From assembly GCF_028736115.1 (NCBI RefSeq), contig NZ_CP117877.1, positions 4,534,187-4,598,186 of the forward strand: a stretch of DNA of 64,000 nucleotides. The letters run 5' to 3'. The position numbers and the translations under genes were made by a program. Positions 1-10,481 of the stretch are shown here, piece after piece; the stretch's first letter is position 1, and every line of letters begins with the position of its first letter. The notes under the pieces were generated by a model. It was given only the letters and a program-made list of their open reading frames with translations. It was not told the DNA's origin and searched no databases. Source of the DNA: Mucilaginibacter sp. KACC 22063. GTDB taxonomy: Bacteria > Bacteroidota > Bacteroidia > Sphingobacteriales > Sphingobacteriaceae.

Positions 1-1
1 C

Positions 2-1723
2 TTATTTTCCCTGTTATTGTCTGTATCTGTGTACGCGCAGCTAACGCCGTTTGAATTAAGTAAAGACAAGAACTATACGGCAAATTATGCCGAGGTGATG
101 GCCTACTATAAACAACTGGCAGCGCATTACCCGCAAATGAAATTGATCAGTTACGGCATGACGGATATTGGCAAACCATTAACCTTGGTTGTACTGTCAA
201 AAGATAAAGTGTTTGATCCGGTGCTGATTAAAAAGCAAAACAAACGAGTGCTGCTCATCAACAACGGTATCCACCCCGGAGAGCCCGAAGGTATTGACGC
301 CAGCATGATGCTGACGCGCGACCTGCTTAAAAATAATAAGCTGCCTAATGATGTGGTGCTTTGCTTTATAGCTGTATATAATATTGATGGTTGCCTTAAC
401 CGGGGTGTATCACGCATTAGCCAGAACGGTCCGCGCGCTTATGGTTTTAGAGGTAACTCACGTAACCTTGATCTTAACCGCGATTTTATAAAAGCCGATA
501 GCCGCAATGCTTTGGCTTTTATGCAAATCCTGAATACCTGGCAGCCGGAAGTTTTCCTGGATAATCATACCAGCGATGGTGCCGACTACCAGTATGTAAT
601 GACATTGATTGAAACACAAAAAGATAAGCAAAACCCGATACTGGCAAAATATACGTCAGAGACATTATCGCCTGAACTGTACCGACGCATGAAGAAAAGC
701 GGTTACGAAATGATCCCTTATGTAGAAAGCGAGAAAGGTACGCCGGATTCGGGCATTGTGGCATTCCTGGAAACACCGCGCTTTTCAACAGGTTACACTG
801 TGCAGCATAACATCATTAGCTATGTAACCGAAACACATATGCTGAAACCTTATGACAAGCGCGTGTATGCTACCTATGATTTTATGCAGCACCTGGTTGA
901 CATTTGCCAGCGCGACCACCAGTTGATTGGCCAGCTTAAACAGCAGGCAGACGCGCAGGTGGCAAAACAGCAAACCTTTGCATTGAACTGGGAACTTGAC
1001 GAGAAGCACCCTGATACCATTACTTTTAAAGGATACGAGGCTGGGCACAAACCAAGCGAAGTAAGTGGTTTGCCACGCTTGTATTATGACCGTAGCAAGC
1101 CTTATACTAAAACCATTAAATACTATAACACTTACGTTGCAACGGCAAACGCCACAAAGCCGGTAGCTTATATTATTCCGCAGGCTTGGGGAAAGGTGAT
1201 TGATCTGTTTAAACTTAACAAAGTAGTGATGCATCAGTTAAAGCATGATACTACTCTAAAAGTTGAGATGTACAGTATTGCCGATTATAAAACTTCAACC
1301 CGCCCGTATGAAGGCCATTACCTGCACAGTAACGTGACATTATCAGCCAAAGAAGCACCTATTAAGTTTTACGCGGGAGACTATGTAGTTTATACCAATC
1401 AGCCTATCAACCGTTATATTGTAGAAACGCTTGAGCCGCAGGGCGTGGATTCATTTTTCGCATGGAACTTTTTTGATTCGATGCTTGGGCAAAAGGAGCA
1501 TTATTCAGATTATGTATTTGAAGACACTGCTGCCGAATACCTGAAAAACAACCCCGAATTGCAAAAGAAACTGGAGCAGGAAAAGGCAGCTAATCCGAAA
1601 CTGGCTGCAAGCGCTGCCATGCAGCTCGAATTTGTGTATCGCAACTCACCATGGTTCGAAAAAACTTATCTTCGCTATCCGGTAGGGCGTTTACTTACCA
1701 ATGTTAAACTTGATTTAAACTAA
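2..1723 (+). CDS. M14-family zinc carboxypeptidase, 5' partial (signal peptide begins upstream of window)
   Basis: Frame is open from base 2 (LFSLLLSVSVYAQ looks like the end of a signal peptide; ATG at 17 is internal). The zinc-binding HxxE motif is in NNGIHPGEPEG. Length and composition fit an M14 peptidase. Confidence 0.8.
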   Translation, partial: LFSLLLSVSVYAQLTPFELSKDKNYTANYAEVMAYYKQLAAHYPQMKLISYGMTDIGKPLTLVVLSKDKVFDPVLIKKQNKRVLLINNGIHPGEPEGIDASMMLTRDLLKNNKLPNDVVLCFIAVYNIDGCLNRGVSRISQNGPRAYGFRGNSRNLDLNRDFIKADSRNALAFMQILNTWQPEVFLDNHTSDGADYQYVMTLIETQKDKQNPILAKYTSETLSPELYRRMKKSGYEMIPYVESEKGTPDSGIVAFLETPRFSTGYTVQHNIISYVTETHMLKPYDKRVYATYDFMQHLVDICQRDHQLIGQLKQQADAQVAKQQTFALNWELDEKHPDTITFKGYEAGHKPSEVSGLPRLYYDRSKPYTKTIKYYNTYVATANATKPVAYIIPQAWGKVIDLFKLNKVVMHQLKHDTTLKVEMYSIADYKTSTRPYEGHYLHSNVTLSAKEAPIKFYAGDYVVYTNQPINRYIVETLEPQGVDSFFAWNFFDSMLGQKEHYSDYVFEDTAAEYLKNNPELQKKLEQEKAANPKLAASAAMQLEFVYRNSPWFEKTYLRYPVGRLLTNVKLDLN

Positions 1724-2343
1724 TGCTCGAAATTATAAATGCTGCGCCGGTTGCTTCGGCCATATTTGCTATAACGCTTGTGCTATCGCTATTGGCCTTT
1801 TATAATGAAGACCTGTATCACCGCATGCTGCTGCAACCTTATGATGTTTACCGCGGCAAGCGTGTGTATACCGTCATCACCAGCGGATTGATACACAAAG
1901 ATTGGGGGCACCTGTTCTTTAACATGCTGTCTTTTTTCTTTTTTGCCTTCCCGCTCGAGATCAACTACATAGGTCACTGGCAATTTGGAGTGTTGTATGT
2001 GGTAAGCTTAATCTTAAGCGACATGCCTTCAGTAGTGAAGCACAAGGACGATATATGGTATCGCAGCCTTGGTGCATCGGGTGCTATCAGTGCGGTTATC
2101 TTTAGTTTTATACTATTTAACCCGCTAACCAAGCTATATATCATGTTCATTCCTATAGGAATATATGCAATTATATTTGGTGTATTATACCTCATTTACA
2201 GCGCTTATGCTTCAAAGAATTCGCATGATGCCATTAATCATGATGCTCACTTTTTTGGGGCTATCAGCGGTATTGTAATTACGATTATCCTTAATCATCA
2301 GGCGATAAACATTTTTTTACAGCAGTTAGGTATTGGCGGTTAA
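1723..2343 (+). CDS. rhomboid-family intramembrane serine protease
   Basis: Polytopic membrane protein. GASGAISAV (rhomboid GxSG serine motif) and a downstream His in a TM helix (AHFFGAISG). Start overlaps the stop of the upstream gene (TAATG). Confidence 0.8.
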   Translation: MLEIINAAPVASAIFAITLVLSLLAFYNEDLYHRMLLQPYDVYRGKRVYTVITSGLIHKDWGHLFFNMLSFFFFAFPLEINYIGHWQFGVLYVVSLILSDMPSVVKHKDDIWYRSLGASGAISAVIFSFILFNPLTKLYIMFIPIGIYAIIFGVLYLIYSAYASKNSHDAINHDAHFFGAISGIVITIILNHQAINIFLQQLGIGG

Positions 2344-2347
2344 GCAA

Positions 2348-4453
2348 TTACGAAATCTTATCCCAGCTTAAGCCGGCATTCTTAACCTGCAGCAGTTGAT
2401 GTATGGGCAGGTTTTCGGGATGAGTTAGCTGCGGGTCTTTTTCAAATATGGATTCTACCAACTCGCGAACCTGCATCAGTAGTTGCTGGTCGGTAGCCAG
2501 GTTGGCAATTTTTAAATCCATCACACCGCTTTGCTGTGTGCCCTCAATATCACCAGGGCCGCGCAGTTCAAGATCGATTTCAGAAATTTTAAAGCCGTCG
2601 TTAGTTGATACCATCGTATCCAGCCTGATCCTGCCTTCGCGGCTTAATTTATGGCTGCTCATTAAAATACAGTAAGATTGCTCGGCACCCCGGCCAACCC
2701 TACCGCGAAGCTGATGCAGCTGAGAGAGCCCGAAGCGCTCGGCATTTTCAATGATCATGACCGAGGCATTTGGTACGTTAACGCCAACCTCAATCACAGT
2801 AGTAGCTACCATAATATGCGTTTCGCCTTTTACAAAGCGTTGCATCTCTTCTTCTTTGTCGGCGGCAGAAAGCTTACCATGTACAATGCTGATACGGTAC
2901 TGCGGTAACGGAAACTCGCGCGACATGATCTCTACACCATCTTCCAGGTTTTTCAGATCCAGTTTTTCACTTTCTTTAATCAGCGGGTAAACCACATACA
3001 CCTGGCGGCCTTTGGCAATCTCGCGCTTCATGAAACCAAACATCGGCAGCCGCTGATTTTCATAATAGTGGATAGTCTCTATCGGCTTACGCCCGGCAGG
3101 CAGTTCATTAATTACCGATACATCAAGATCGCCGTAAAGCGTCATAGCTAAAGTACGCGGTATGGGTGTAGCCGTCATGACCAGTACGTGTGGTGGTAAT
3201 ATATTTTTCTTCCAGAGCTTAGCGCGCTGCTCTACCCCGAAACGGTGCTGTTCGTCTATCACTACCAGCCCCAGGTTTTTAAACTGGACCTTATCTTCCA
3301 GTAGGGCGTGAGTACCAATGAGTAATTGCAGGCTGCCGTTTTCCAGTTTCTCGTGCAGCACTTTACGGGCTTTTGCCCTGGTTGAACCGGTAAGCAGTTC
3401 AACATCTAAAAAGTCATCGCCTACCAGGCTTTTAATAGAGTGGTAATGCTGCGTTGCTAAGATCTCGGTTGGTGCCATAATACAAGCCTGAAAGCCGTTG
3501 TCAATAGCCAGCAACACATTCATTAAAGCAACCACCGTTTTACCGCTGCCTACGTCGCCCTGTAACAGGCGGTTCATTTGCACGCCGCGCTGTGTATCTG
3601 TGCGTATCTCTTTCAGTACACGTTTCTGCGCATTGGTTAAATCAAACGGTAATTTCTCCTGGTAAAAGGTATTAAAATAATGGCCGACCTTCTCAAATAC
3701 AAATCCCTTAAACTTTTGGTTACGCAGCAGTTTATTCTTTAATAATTTGAGCTGTATCAGAAATAACTCATCAAATTTTAACCGCCGTTGTGCCTCATAC
3801 AGCATGTTGGCATCTTCGGGGAAGTGGATGCATTGAAAAGCCATCTTCCTGCCCATGAGGCCAAACTTATTAATGATGTACTGCGGCAGCGTTTCAGTGA
3901 TATGTTTGCTGTACCCTTTCAGCAGGGTTGCGGTCAGTTTTTGTATGCCTTTAGTATCAAGCGAAAACTGCTTTAGCCTTTCAGTAGAGTTGTAAGCTGG
4001 TTGTAGTGTAAGGTTTCCCTGACGCTTTAAAGCCTCCGGCGAATAAGGCTCAATCTCGGGGTGTGCCATTTGAGCCTTGCCATTGAACGTGCCAGGTTTG
4101 CCGAAAATGATATAAGCCCTGCCTGGTATTAGTGTTTTTTCTATCCACTTTACACCCTGAAACCAGGCCAGTTCCATCGAAGCGGTATCATCCTGTACAA
4201 TGGCTATCAGGCGCCGGGTATGCTTTTCACCAACAATTTCTTTGTGTTTAAGCCGGGCTATTACTTGCACATGTGGCAGTTCGGGGTTAATATCCCGAAT
4301 CTTATAAAAACGGGTGCGATCAATATACTTAAACGGGTAATAGCGCAGCAGGTCTTCAAACGTAAAAATACCGAGTTCTTTTTTTAAGATCTCGGCACGC
4401 GAAGTGCCTACTCCTTTTAAATAGTCGATAGATGTTTTAAATACCTCGTCCAA
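2348..4453 (-). CDS. recG: ATP-dependent DNA helicase RecG
   Basis: 701 aa. Walker A GDVGSGKT, DEQHRFGV (DEQH box), helicase C motifs QLHQLRGRVGRG, and an N-terminal wedge/OB region. Size is typical for RecG. Confidence 0.9.
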   Translation of the reverse strand: MDEVFKTSIDYLKGVGTSRAEILKKELGIFTFEDLLRYYPFKYIDRTRFYKIRDINPELPHVQVIARLKHKEIVGEKHTRRLIAIVQDDTASMELAWFQGVKWIEKTLIPGRAYIIFGKPGTFNGKAQMAHPEIEPYSPEALKRQGNLTLQPAYNSTERLKQFSLDTKGIQKLTATLLKGYSKHITETLPQYIINKFGLMGRKMAFQCIHFPEDANMLYEAQRRLKFDELFLIQLKLLKNKLLRNQKFKGFVFEKVGHYFNTFYQEKLPFDLTNAQKRVLKEIRTDTQRGVQMNRLLQGDVGSGKTVVALMNVLLAIDNGFQACIMAPTEILATQHYHSIKSLVGDDFLDVELLTGSTRAKARKVLHEKLENGSLQLLIGTHALLEDKVQFKNLGLVVIDEQHRFGVEQRAKLWKKNILPPHVLVMTATPIPRTLAMTLYGDLDVSVINELPAGRKPIETIHYYENQRLPMFGFMKREIAKGRQVYVVYPLIKESEKLDLKNLEDGVEIMSREFPLPQYRISIVHGKLSAADKEEEMQRFVKGETHIMVATTVIEVGVNVPNASVMIIENAERFGLSQLHQLRGRVGRGAEQSYCILMSSHKLSREGRIRLDTMVSTNDGFKISEIDLELRGPGDIEGTQQSGVMDLKIANLATDQQLLMQVRELVESIFEKDPQLTHPENLPIHQLLQVKNAGLSWDKIS

Positions 4454-4460
4454 AACCAGT

Positions 4461-5396
4461 TTAAGTAAGTTGACTGTTTAATCGGCTTCGTCTGCTAAAT
4501 AAGCTACCTATAATTTCCCAGTTAAATACAATTACCGAGAATAGCAAAAGCAAGTAGCCCGATAACTGCGAGCCTTCAAAGCCCTCGTTAAAATATACAA
4601 AAGCGACTACAAAGGCAATGATGGGATTTATATAAATGGTGATACCAAGCGTTGATGATGGGATACCCGTTAACGCATACAGGCTAAGCAATAACGGCAC
4701 AAGCGTAAACAGAACTGCCACAACAGTAATGTTGGCCCAAAATTCAAGCGATGTTGGGAACCCGTTATAATCATGTATGTAAAACGGCAGCAATAGCACC
4801 GCAGCAATAATCAGCTGCACGGCCAGCATATTGATTTTATCAAAGTGGGTAAGCACCCGTTGTATGACCAGGTAAATGGCATAAAATATAGCAACTACAA
4901 ATGCCCATGCTACGTTAATAACAGAACCGGTTGATAATATGCAGATACTGACCAACGCTATCATCAAGCCTGCTACCTTTAATTTAGTTACAGGCTCTTT
5001 TAATATCAGAAAACCGCCACATGCGGTTAGTAAAGGACAAATAAAATAGGCGGATGCCGCTACTTTAACGCTAATGTGATTAACTACATAGATGTATGTA
5101 AACCAATTGAGCATAATGGCTGCGCCCGTAAAAAATAGAAGCAATAAGGTTTTGTTTCTCTTTTTAGGTGATAAGCCCGAAAGGATGTTCAGGTCTGTCC
5201 TGATCGCCTTTCTGTGTAACGCCAGGTTGTAGATCCAGATAATGACCAGTGAAGCCAACACCCGGTAATATAATATCTGCTGCGAACTGTAATTGAGGTG
5301 ATGCAGCCGCTTTAAAGGTATAGTAAGAAAACCCCAGATAAATGCTGCGCCGATGGCAGCCAGCAGGTATATAGCTGAGGCTTTCTTTTGTGCCAT
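4461..5396 (-). CDS. EamA/DMT-family transporter
   Basis: About 10 TM segments with two EamA-like halves. Hydrophobic throughout. Confidence 0.7.
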   Translation of the reverse strand: MAQKKASAIYLLAAIGAAFIWGFLTIPLKRLHHLNYSSQQILYYRVLASLVIIWIYNLALHRKAIRTDLNILSGLSPKKRNKTLLLLFFTGAAIMLNWFTYIYVVNHISVKVAASAYFICPLLTACGGFLILKEPVTKLKVAGLMIALVSICILSTGSVINVAWAFVVAIFYAIYLVIQRVLTHFDKINMLAVQLIIAAVLLLPFYIHDYNGFPTSLEFWANITVVAVLFTLVPLLLSLYALTGIPSSTLGITIYINPIIAFVVAFVYFNEGFEGSQLSGYLLLLFSVIVFNWEIIGSLFSRRSRLNSQLT

Positions 5397-5777
5397 TTAA
5401 CCAAGTACGGCAATTACAGAAATTTCTACGTTTACGTTTTTAGGTAAAGCAGCGGCCTGTACGGTTTCGCGTGCCGGAAACTTCTCTGTAAAGTAAGATC
5501 CGTAAACTTCGTTTACAGTTGCAAAGTTACCCATGTCTTTCAGGAAAATGGTAGTTTTAACAATGCTGGTAAAGTCGGTTCCGGCTTCTGTTAAAATAGC
5601 TTTAAGGTTTTCCATTACCTTTTTTGTTTCTGTGGTAATGTCATCAAGCACAAGTTCACCGGTTTTGGCGTCAAGCGCAATCTGTCCCGAAACAAATAAT
5701 AAGTTACCTGCAACAACAGCCTGGCTGTACGGGCCTATAGGTGCAGGGGCGTTAGATGTATTGATAATAGTTTTCAT
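5397..5777 (-). CDS. RidA/YjgF-family reactive-intermediate deaminase
   Basis: 126 aa. YSQAVVAGNLLFVSGQIA and C-terminal NVEISVIA are typical RidA family. Abuts the EamA gene (operon). Confidence 0.85.
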   Translation of the reverse strand: MKTIINTSNAPAPIGPYSQAVVAGNLLFVSGQIALDAKTGELVLDDITTETKKVMENLKAILTEAGTDFTSIVKTTIFLKDMGNFATVNEVYGSYFTEKFPARETVQAAALPKNVNVEISVIAVLG

Positions 5778-5988
5778 TTCTTGATAATAAATACGTCAAT
5801 CAGTTTCCAGATGATCCCGCCAAGGAACATAATAATAGCCACTGCATTGATAATATGCATTACTTTAAGGTTAAAGCTTGTTGGCCTGTTCGGATCCTTT
5901 TTTCGAAAGAAGTACATAAAACAAAGTTAAACAAAAAAGGCGTCCCAATTGGAACGCCTTTTCTGGTATACTAATTTTGTTTAGAAAA

Positions 5989-7368
5989 TTATTGTTGGAA
6001 CTCAACACGACGGTTTTGTACACGTCCTTCTTCAGTTGAGTTATCAGCAATTGGGTGAGTTTCACCGTAAGCTTTAACTTTTAAGCGACGAGCTTCAACA
6101 CCAGAGTTAACTAAGTAAGTTTTTACTGAGTTAGCACGGTCTTTAGACAGACGCATGTTGTGAGCAGCAGTACCTTCAGAAGAAGCATAACCTTTTAAAG
6201 TTACAACTTTGCTTGTGTTAGCACGTAAGTCAGAAGAAACTGCATCAAGAGTTGGGTAAGATGAAGTTCTTAATACTGAGCTGTCAAAGTCAAATTGGAT
6301 GTTAGTGTAAGCAGCTGGAGTAGCAGCACCACCTACTTGTACTGTATCTTTTTTCAATGGGCAACCTGCACCATCAACTACAGTACCAGCTGGAGTGTTA
6401 GGGCATTTGTCAAATTGATCAGATACACCGTCACCGTCAGAATCTTTTTTCAGGTCGTTAACAGCGTTTTCAACGTTAGTAACACGGCCTTTTAAAGCTT
6501 CAACTTCTTGACGTAAAGCTGCATCATACAACTCATCATACATCATAGCAACTGGGTTCACCCAATCCAGGTTTGGTTTTGATTTTGAACCAATAGTCCA
6601 CTCTAAACCAGCATAACCGTAAGAGTATTTGTCTTTAGTAGGGTAGCCACGTTGTAAAGCATCTAACCAATCATCATCGGTGAAGTTTTCAGTGTAGCCT
6701 AAGTTAAGAGCCCAAGCATCAGATAGACGGAATTTAACACCTACGCCTACAGGGATTACTAAGCTTTTTACGTAATGGTTGCTACCATCAGAGTTTTGGA
6801 AAGCATAGCTGTTACCGTTAGCAGTTACATAAGTAGGGTTATACCATACTAAACCAGCACCTGCTTTAACGAAGAAGTTAATTGCGTTTTTACGACGTAA
6901 GTAGTCGATAGTAGCAACGTTAACAACGCCGCTGATAGTACCGCTGTAGAAATCGGTTTGGAAAGAGCGACGGTCGTCACGGAAACCACCTACTGCGTCT
7001 TGGTTGTTACCTTTCAAACGTCCACCATTGAAATCACCTTGGATACCAAATGAGTGTGCAAGTTGCCATCTTAACGAAGCACCGTAGCCATAGCTTGCTT
7101 TCCAGTTAGTGTAGTCATTGCTACCACCGGTTGCATTAACAGGAGCAGTTACGCCACCGTTGATACCGATGCTGAAAGTTTTGTACTGACCTCTGCCGCC
7201 AAATACCTTAGCGTTAGTGGTTTCAGAAGTTTTCATGGTAGAGTCGGTAGTGGAAGTAGTGGTGGTTGAAGTTTGCGCTTTCACCATCCCTACAGCCAAA
7301 ACAGATGCCACTGATAAAGCGACTGTTTTCTTTAATGTAGAATAGTTCATAGTTTTAAGATTAAACAA
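5989..7368 (-). CDS. OmpA-family outer-membrane protein with thrombospondin type-3 (calcium-binding) repeat
   Basis: Signal peptide plus Thr-rich linker, beta-barrel-like N-terminal half, DSDGDGVSDQFDKCPNTPAG (TSP3 repeat), and a C-terminal OmpA domain (NxxLSxxRAxxV, RRVEF). Confidence 0.8.
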   Translation of the reverse strand: MFNLKTMNYSTLKKTVALSVASVLAVGMVKAQTSTTTTSTTDSTMKTSETTNAKVFGGRGQYKTFSIGINGGVTAPVNATGGSNDYTNWKASYGYGASLRWQLAHSFGIQGDFNGGRLKGNNQDAVGGFRDDRRSFQTDFYSGTISGVVNVATIDYLRRKNAINFFVKAGAGLVWYNPTYVTANGNSYAFQNSDGSNHYVKSLVIPVGVGVKFRLSDAWALNLGYTENFTDDDWLDALQRGYPTKDKYSYGYAGLEWTIGSKSKPNLDWVNPVAMMYDELYDAALRQEVEALKGRVTNVENAVNDLKKDSDGDGVSDQFDKCPNTPAGTVVDGAGCPLKKDTVQVGGAATPAAYTNIQFDFDSSVLRTSSYPTLDAVSSDLRANTSKVVTLKGYASSEGTAAHNMRLSKDRANSVKTYLVNSGVEARRLKVKAYGETHPIADNSTEEGRVQNRRVEFQQ

Positions 7369-7501
7369 TTTTTAATTGTGATTTTTTTTCAAAATTAGTA
7401 ATTATGTTTGAAACGTTTACCAAACACCGTTCCAAACTTGACACTTTTTGAGACAAATAGAAGAATAATTTGTTTAAAAAATTGATAATAACTTTTCAAG
7501 C

Positions 7502-8791
7502 ATGAAATATCTACCCATCGATAAAGAATTATTTACTTATAATAGAAATAATTTCTTTTTGCGATTAAAGCCCCGCTCGCTGGCCATTTTCCATTCAAAT
7601 GACGAGTTTCCGCGAAGTGGCGACCAAAGCTTTATATTTAAACAAAATGCTGACTTTTTTTACCTGACAGGTATTGACCAGGAGCAAAGCATCCTGCTGT
7701 TATTTCCAGATTGTCCTAATCCGTTGTACAGAGAAGTACTTTTTTTAAGACAAACCAGCGAATTAATAGCCATTTGGGAAGGACATAAATATACTAAAGA
7801 AGAAGCACAGGCCGCATCAGGTATTAAAACCATATTCTGGCTGGATAATTTTGACAACATATTACATAGTATTATTCATTATGCAGAAAACATATATATT
7901 AATACGAATGAAAATGACCGCTATGTACCGGGAGTAGAATACCGAGATCTGCGAATGTTTAAACAGCTTAAGGAGCGTTACCCTTTACACAATTACCTGC
8001 GGGCTGCAACTATTATGCGCGACCTGCGCGTAGTAAAATCAGACATTGAAGTTGAACTGACCAAAAAAGCATGCAGTATTACCAGGGATGCCTTTGTACG
8101 TGTACTTAAATTTGTAAAGCCTGGTGTTGCAGAGTATGAAATTGAAGCCGAGATCATACACGAGTTTTTGCGCCAGCGTGCAACAGGCCATGCCTACAAC
8201 CCTATCATAGCATCGGGCAGTAATGCCAACGTATTACATTATATAGATAATAACCAGGTTTGTAAAGACGGCGATGTGATCCTTTTTGATTTTGGGGCCG
8301 AGTACGCAAATTATAATGCCGACATGAGCCGTTCTATACCGGTAAATGGCCGCTTTACGCCGCGCCAGAAGGCAGTATATAATGCTGTACTTAATGTTAT
8401 GCGCGAAGCGACTAAACTTTTACAGGCCGGTACCATCTGGAATGAATACCATGACGAAGTGGGTAAAATAATGACCAGCGAACTTATTGGACTTGGTTTG
8501 CTGGATAAAACAGATGTTAAAAACCAGGACCCTACGGCACCTTTATATAAGAAGTATTTTATGCATGGCACATCACACCATTTAGGTATTGATGTACATG
8601 ATTTTGCCAGCCGCTACAAACCATTTGAGGCTGGTAATATTTTAACCTGCGAACCTGGTATCTATATCCAGCAAGAAGGCTTAGGTATACGTATTGAAAA
8701 TAATATATTAATTACTGACGGCGGTAATATTGACTTGATGGCTGATATCCCTGTGGAGGCCGACCATATCGAAGATATTATGAATTCATAG
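7502..8791 (+). CDS. Xaa-Pro aminopeptidase (M24B)
   Basis: Creatinase-like N-terminal domain plus a pita-bread C-terminal domain. Metal ligands in DFGAEY..D and HGTSHHLGIDVHD, with E..E near the C-terminus. Confidence 0.8.
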   Translation: MKYLPIDKELFTYNRNNFFLRLKPRSLAIFHSNDEFPRSGDQSFIFKQNADFFYLTGIDQEQSILLLFPDCPNPLYREVLFLRQTSELIAIWEGHKYTKEEAQAASGIKTIFWLDNFDNILHSIIHYAENIYINTNENDRYVPGVEYRDLRMFKQLKERYPLHNYLRAATIMRDLRVVKSDIEVELTKKACSITRDAFVRVLKFVKPGVAEYEIEAEIIHEFLRQRATGHAYNPIIASGSNANVLHYIDNNQVCKDGDVILFDFGAEYANYNADMSRSIPVNGRFTPRQKAVYNAVLNVMREATKLLQAGTIWNEYHDEVGKIMTSELIGLGLLDKTDVKNQDPTAPLYKKYFMHGTSHHLGIDVHDFASRYKPFEAGNILTCEPGIYIQQEGLGIRIENNILITDGGNIDLMADIPVEADHIEDIMNS

Positions 8792-9033
8792 GGCGCCGTC
8801 CTTTTCACCTCTTTCTCTGCTCCAAAGGCTTCCTCCGGAGCAGAGAATTGTTGACTTACACCTTACTTAAATATCCCCCAACACAATTCCATATTTTAAC
8901 AATGCTCCTGCGCATCTGATAAGTATAGGCGGCAATAATCTTTACTGTCAACAGCGGTAACTTTTTCATATCCTTTATTGAATTTAAGGCTTAAAGCCCT
9001 AAATTGGGGCTGCAACATATCCCTGCTTTACAA

Positions 9034-10419
9034 ATGAACTTTAAATCCATATTTACTACTGTGGCTTTAGCTGCAACAACATTAGTTTCAAACGCTCAAA
9101 CCGATTCTGTAATGATGCGCCACATATTTGATGAGGCGCTGGTTAATGGCAAGTGCTACGAAAACCTGCATTATCTGTGTAAAAATATTGGCCAGCGTTT
9201 AAGCGGCTCAGCCAATGCGCAAAAAGCGGTGGACTGGAGCAAAAAGTTAATGCAGGATTATGGATTTGACAGGGTTTACCTGCAGGAAGTAATGGTACCG
9301 CATTGGGTACGCGGCGCAAAAGAGCAGGGTTATATCATTGATGGAAAAACTAAAACACCGGTAGCTTTATGTGCTTTGGGTATGTCGGTAGCTACACCTG
9401 CCAATGGTGTTACTGCTAATGTTATAGAAGTACATAGCCTTAAACAATTGGATACTTTAGGTGAAGCAGGCATAAAGGGAAAGATTGTGTTTTTCAATCG
9501 CCCGTTTGATGAGCGTTTTATTGAACAGGGCACGGCTTATGGAACCGCGGGTGACCAGCGCAATGCCGGTCCGGGAGCAGCATCTAAATACGGGGCAGTT
9601 GCTGTAATTGTGCGTTCGCTTACCAGCGCCTTAGACAATTACCCGCATACCGGGGCAACTAACTATGGTAAAAACAAGCCTATACCTGCCGCTGCTATCT
9701 CTACCATTGCGGCTAACCAATTAAGTGAGTTACTTAAAAAGAACAAGTCGGTACAGTTTTACCTTAAGGATAACTGCGAAATGCTGCCTGATGTATTATC
9801 CTACAATGTTGTTGGCGAGTTAACCGGCTCGGTGAATCCTAACCAGATTATTACCGTTGGTGGCCACCTCGACTCATGGGACCTGGCAGAAGGCGCGCAT
9901 GATGATGGTACAGGCGTAATGCAGTCAGCCGAAGTCCTACGTATATTTAAAGCATTAGACTATCGCCCTAAACATACTTTACGTGCCGTATTTTTTATGA
10001 ACGAAGAAAACGGCGACAGGGGCGGCTTAAAATATGCCGAGCTTGCTGCAAAAAACAAAGAAGAACATATTGCAGCTATAGAAACAGACGAAGGCGGCTT
10101 TACGCCGCGAGGTTTCAGTTTTGAGAAAGCATCACCGGCATTTTTAAAGAACATTAATGCACAGTGGAAAAGCCTGTTTGAAACTTATGAAGCCGGTCGT
10201 TTAGTGGAAGGCGGCAGCGGTACAGATATCGGCCCGCTGCGCGAAACTGTTCCGTCTGTTATGCTCATCGGCTTCCGCCCCGATTCACAACGGTACTTTA
10301 ATATACATCATACCCCTAATGATGTATTTGAGAACGTGAATAAACGCGAGTTAGAACTGGGTGCAGGTACCATCGCTTCGCTGGTGTATCTGATTGATCA
10401 GCACGGATTGAATTTTTAA
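9034..10419 (+). CDS. M28-family peptidase with PA domain (secreted)
   Basis: Signal peptide MNFKSIFTTVALAATTLVSNAQ (an alternative ATG lies at 9004). GGHLDSWD, EENGDRGG and a C-terminal His are typical M28 metal ligands. Confidence 0.75.
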   Translation: MNFKSIFTTVALAATTLVSNAQTDSVMMRHIFDEALVNGKCYENLHYLCKNIGQRLSGSANAQKAVDWSKKLMQDYGFDRVYLQEVMVPHWVRGAKEQGYIIDGKTKTPVALCALGMSVATPANGVTANVIEVHSLKQLDTLGEAGIKGKIVFFNRPFDERFIEQGTAYGTAGDQRNAGPGAASKYGAVAVIVRSLTSALDNYPHTGATNYGKNKPIPAAAISTIAANQLSELLKKNKSVQFYLKDNCEMLPDVLSYNVVGELTGSVNPNQIITVGGHLDSWDLAEGAHDDGTGVMQSAEVLRIFKALDYRPKHTLRAVFFMNEENGDRGGLKYAELAAKNKEEHIAAIETDEGGFTPRGFSFEKASPAFLKNINAQWKSLFETYEAGRLVEGGSGTDIGPLRETVPSVMLIGFRPDSQRYFNIHHTPNDVFENVNKRELELGAGTIASLVYLIDQHGLNF

Positions 10420-10481
10420 TTAATCTGAAGAATTTTAAACTATGGGTTGTAAATTTGCGGCTCATTATCTTATTGTAAAAC

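Noticed and set aside
151-1234. Three minus-strand ORFs (88, 89 and 149 aa) inside the M14 carboxypeptidase gene
   Set aside because: Fully embedded antisense to a well-supported CDS. Low-complexity, motif-free translations.
2448-3976. Plus-strand ORFs of 62-79 aa within recG
   Set aside because: Antisense to RecG, whose helicase motifs confirm the minus-strand frame.
5871-6065. 64-aa minus-strand ORF overlapping the 3' end of the OmpA-family gene
   Set aside because: Out-of-frame overlap with a strongly supported gene. Likely spurious.
8814-8848. Hairpin tctctgctcc...ggagcagaga after the Xaa-Pro aminopeptidase gene
   Set aside because: Perfect 10-bp stem but not followed by a T-run, so not called as a terminator.
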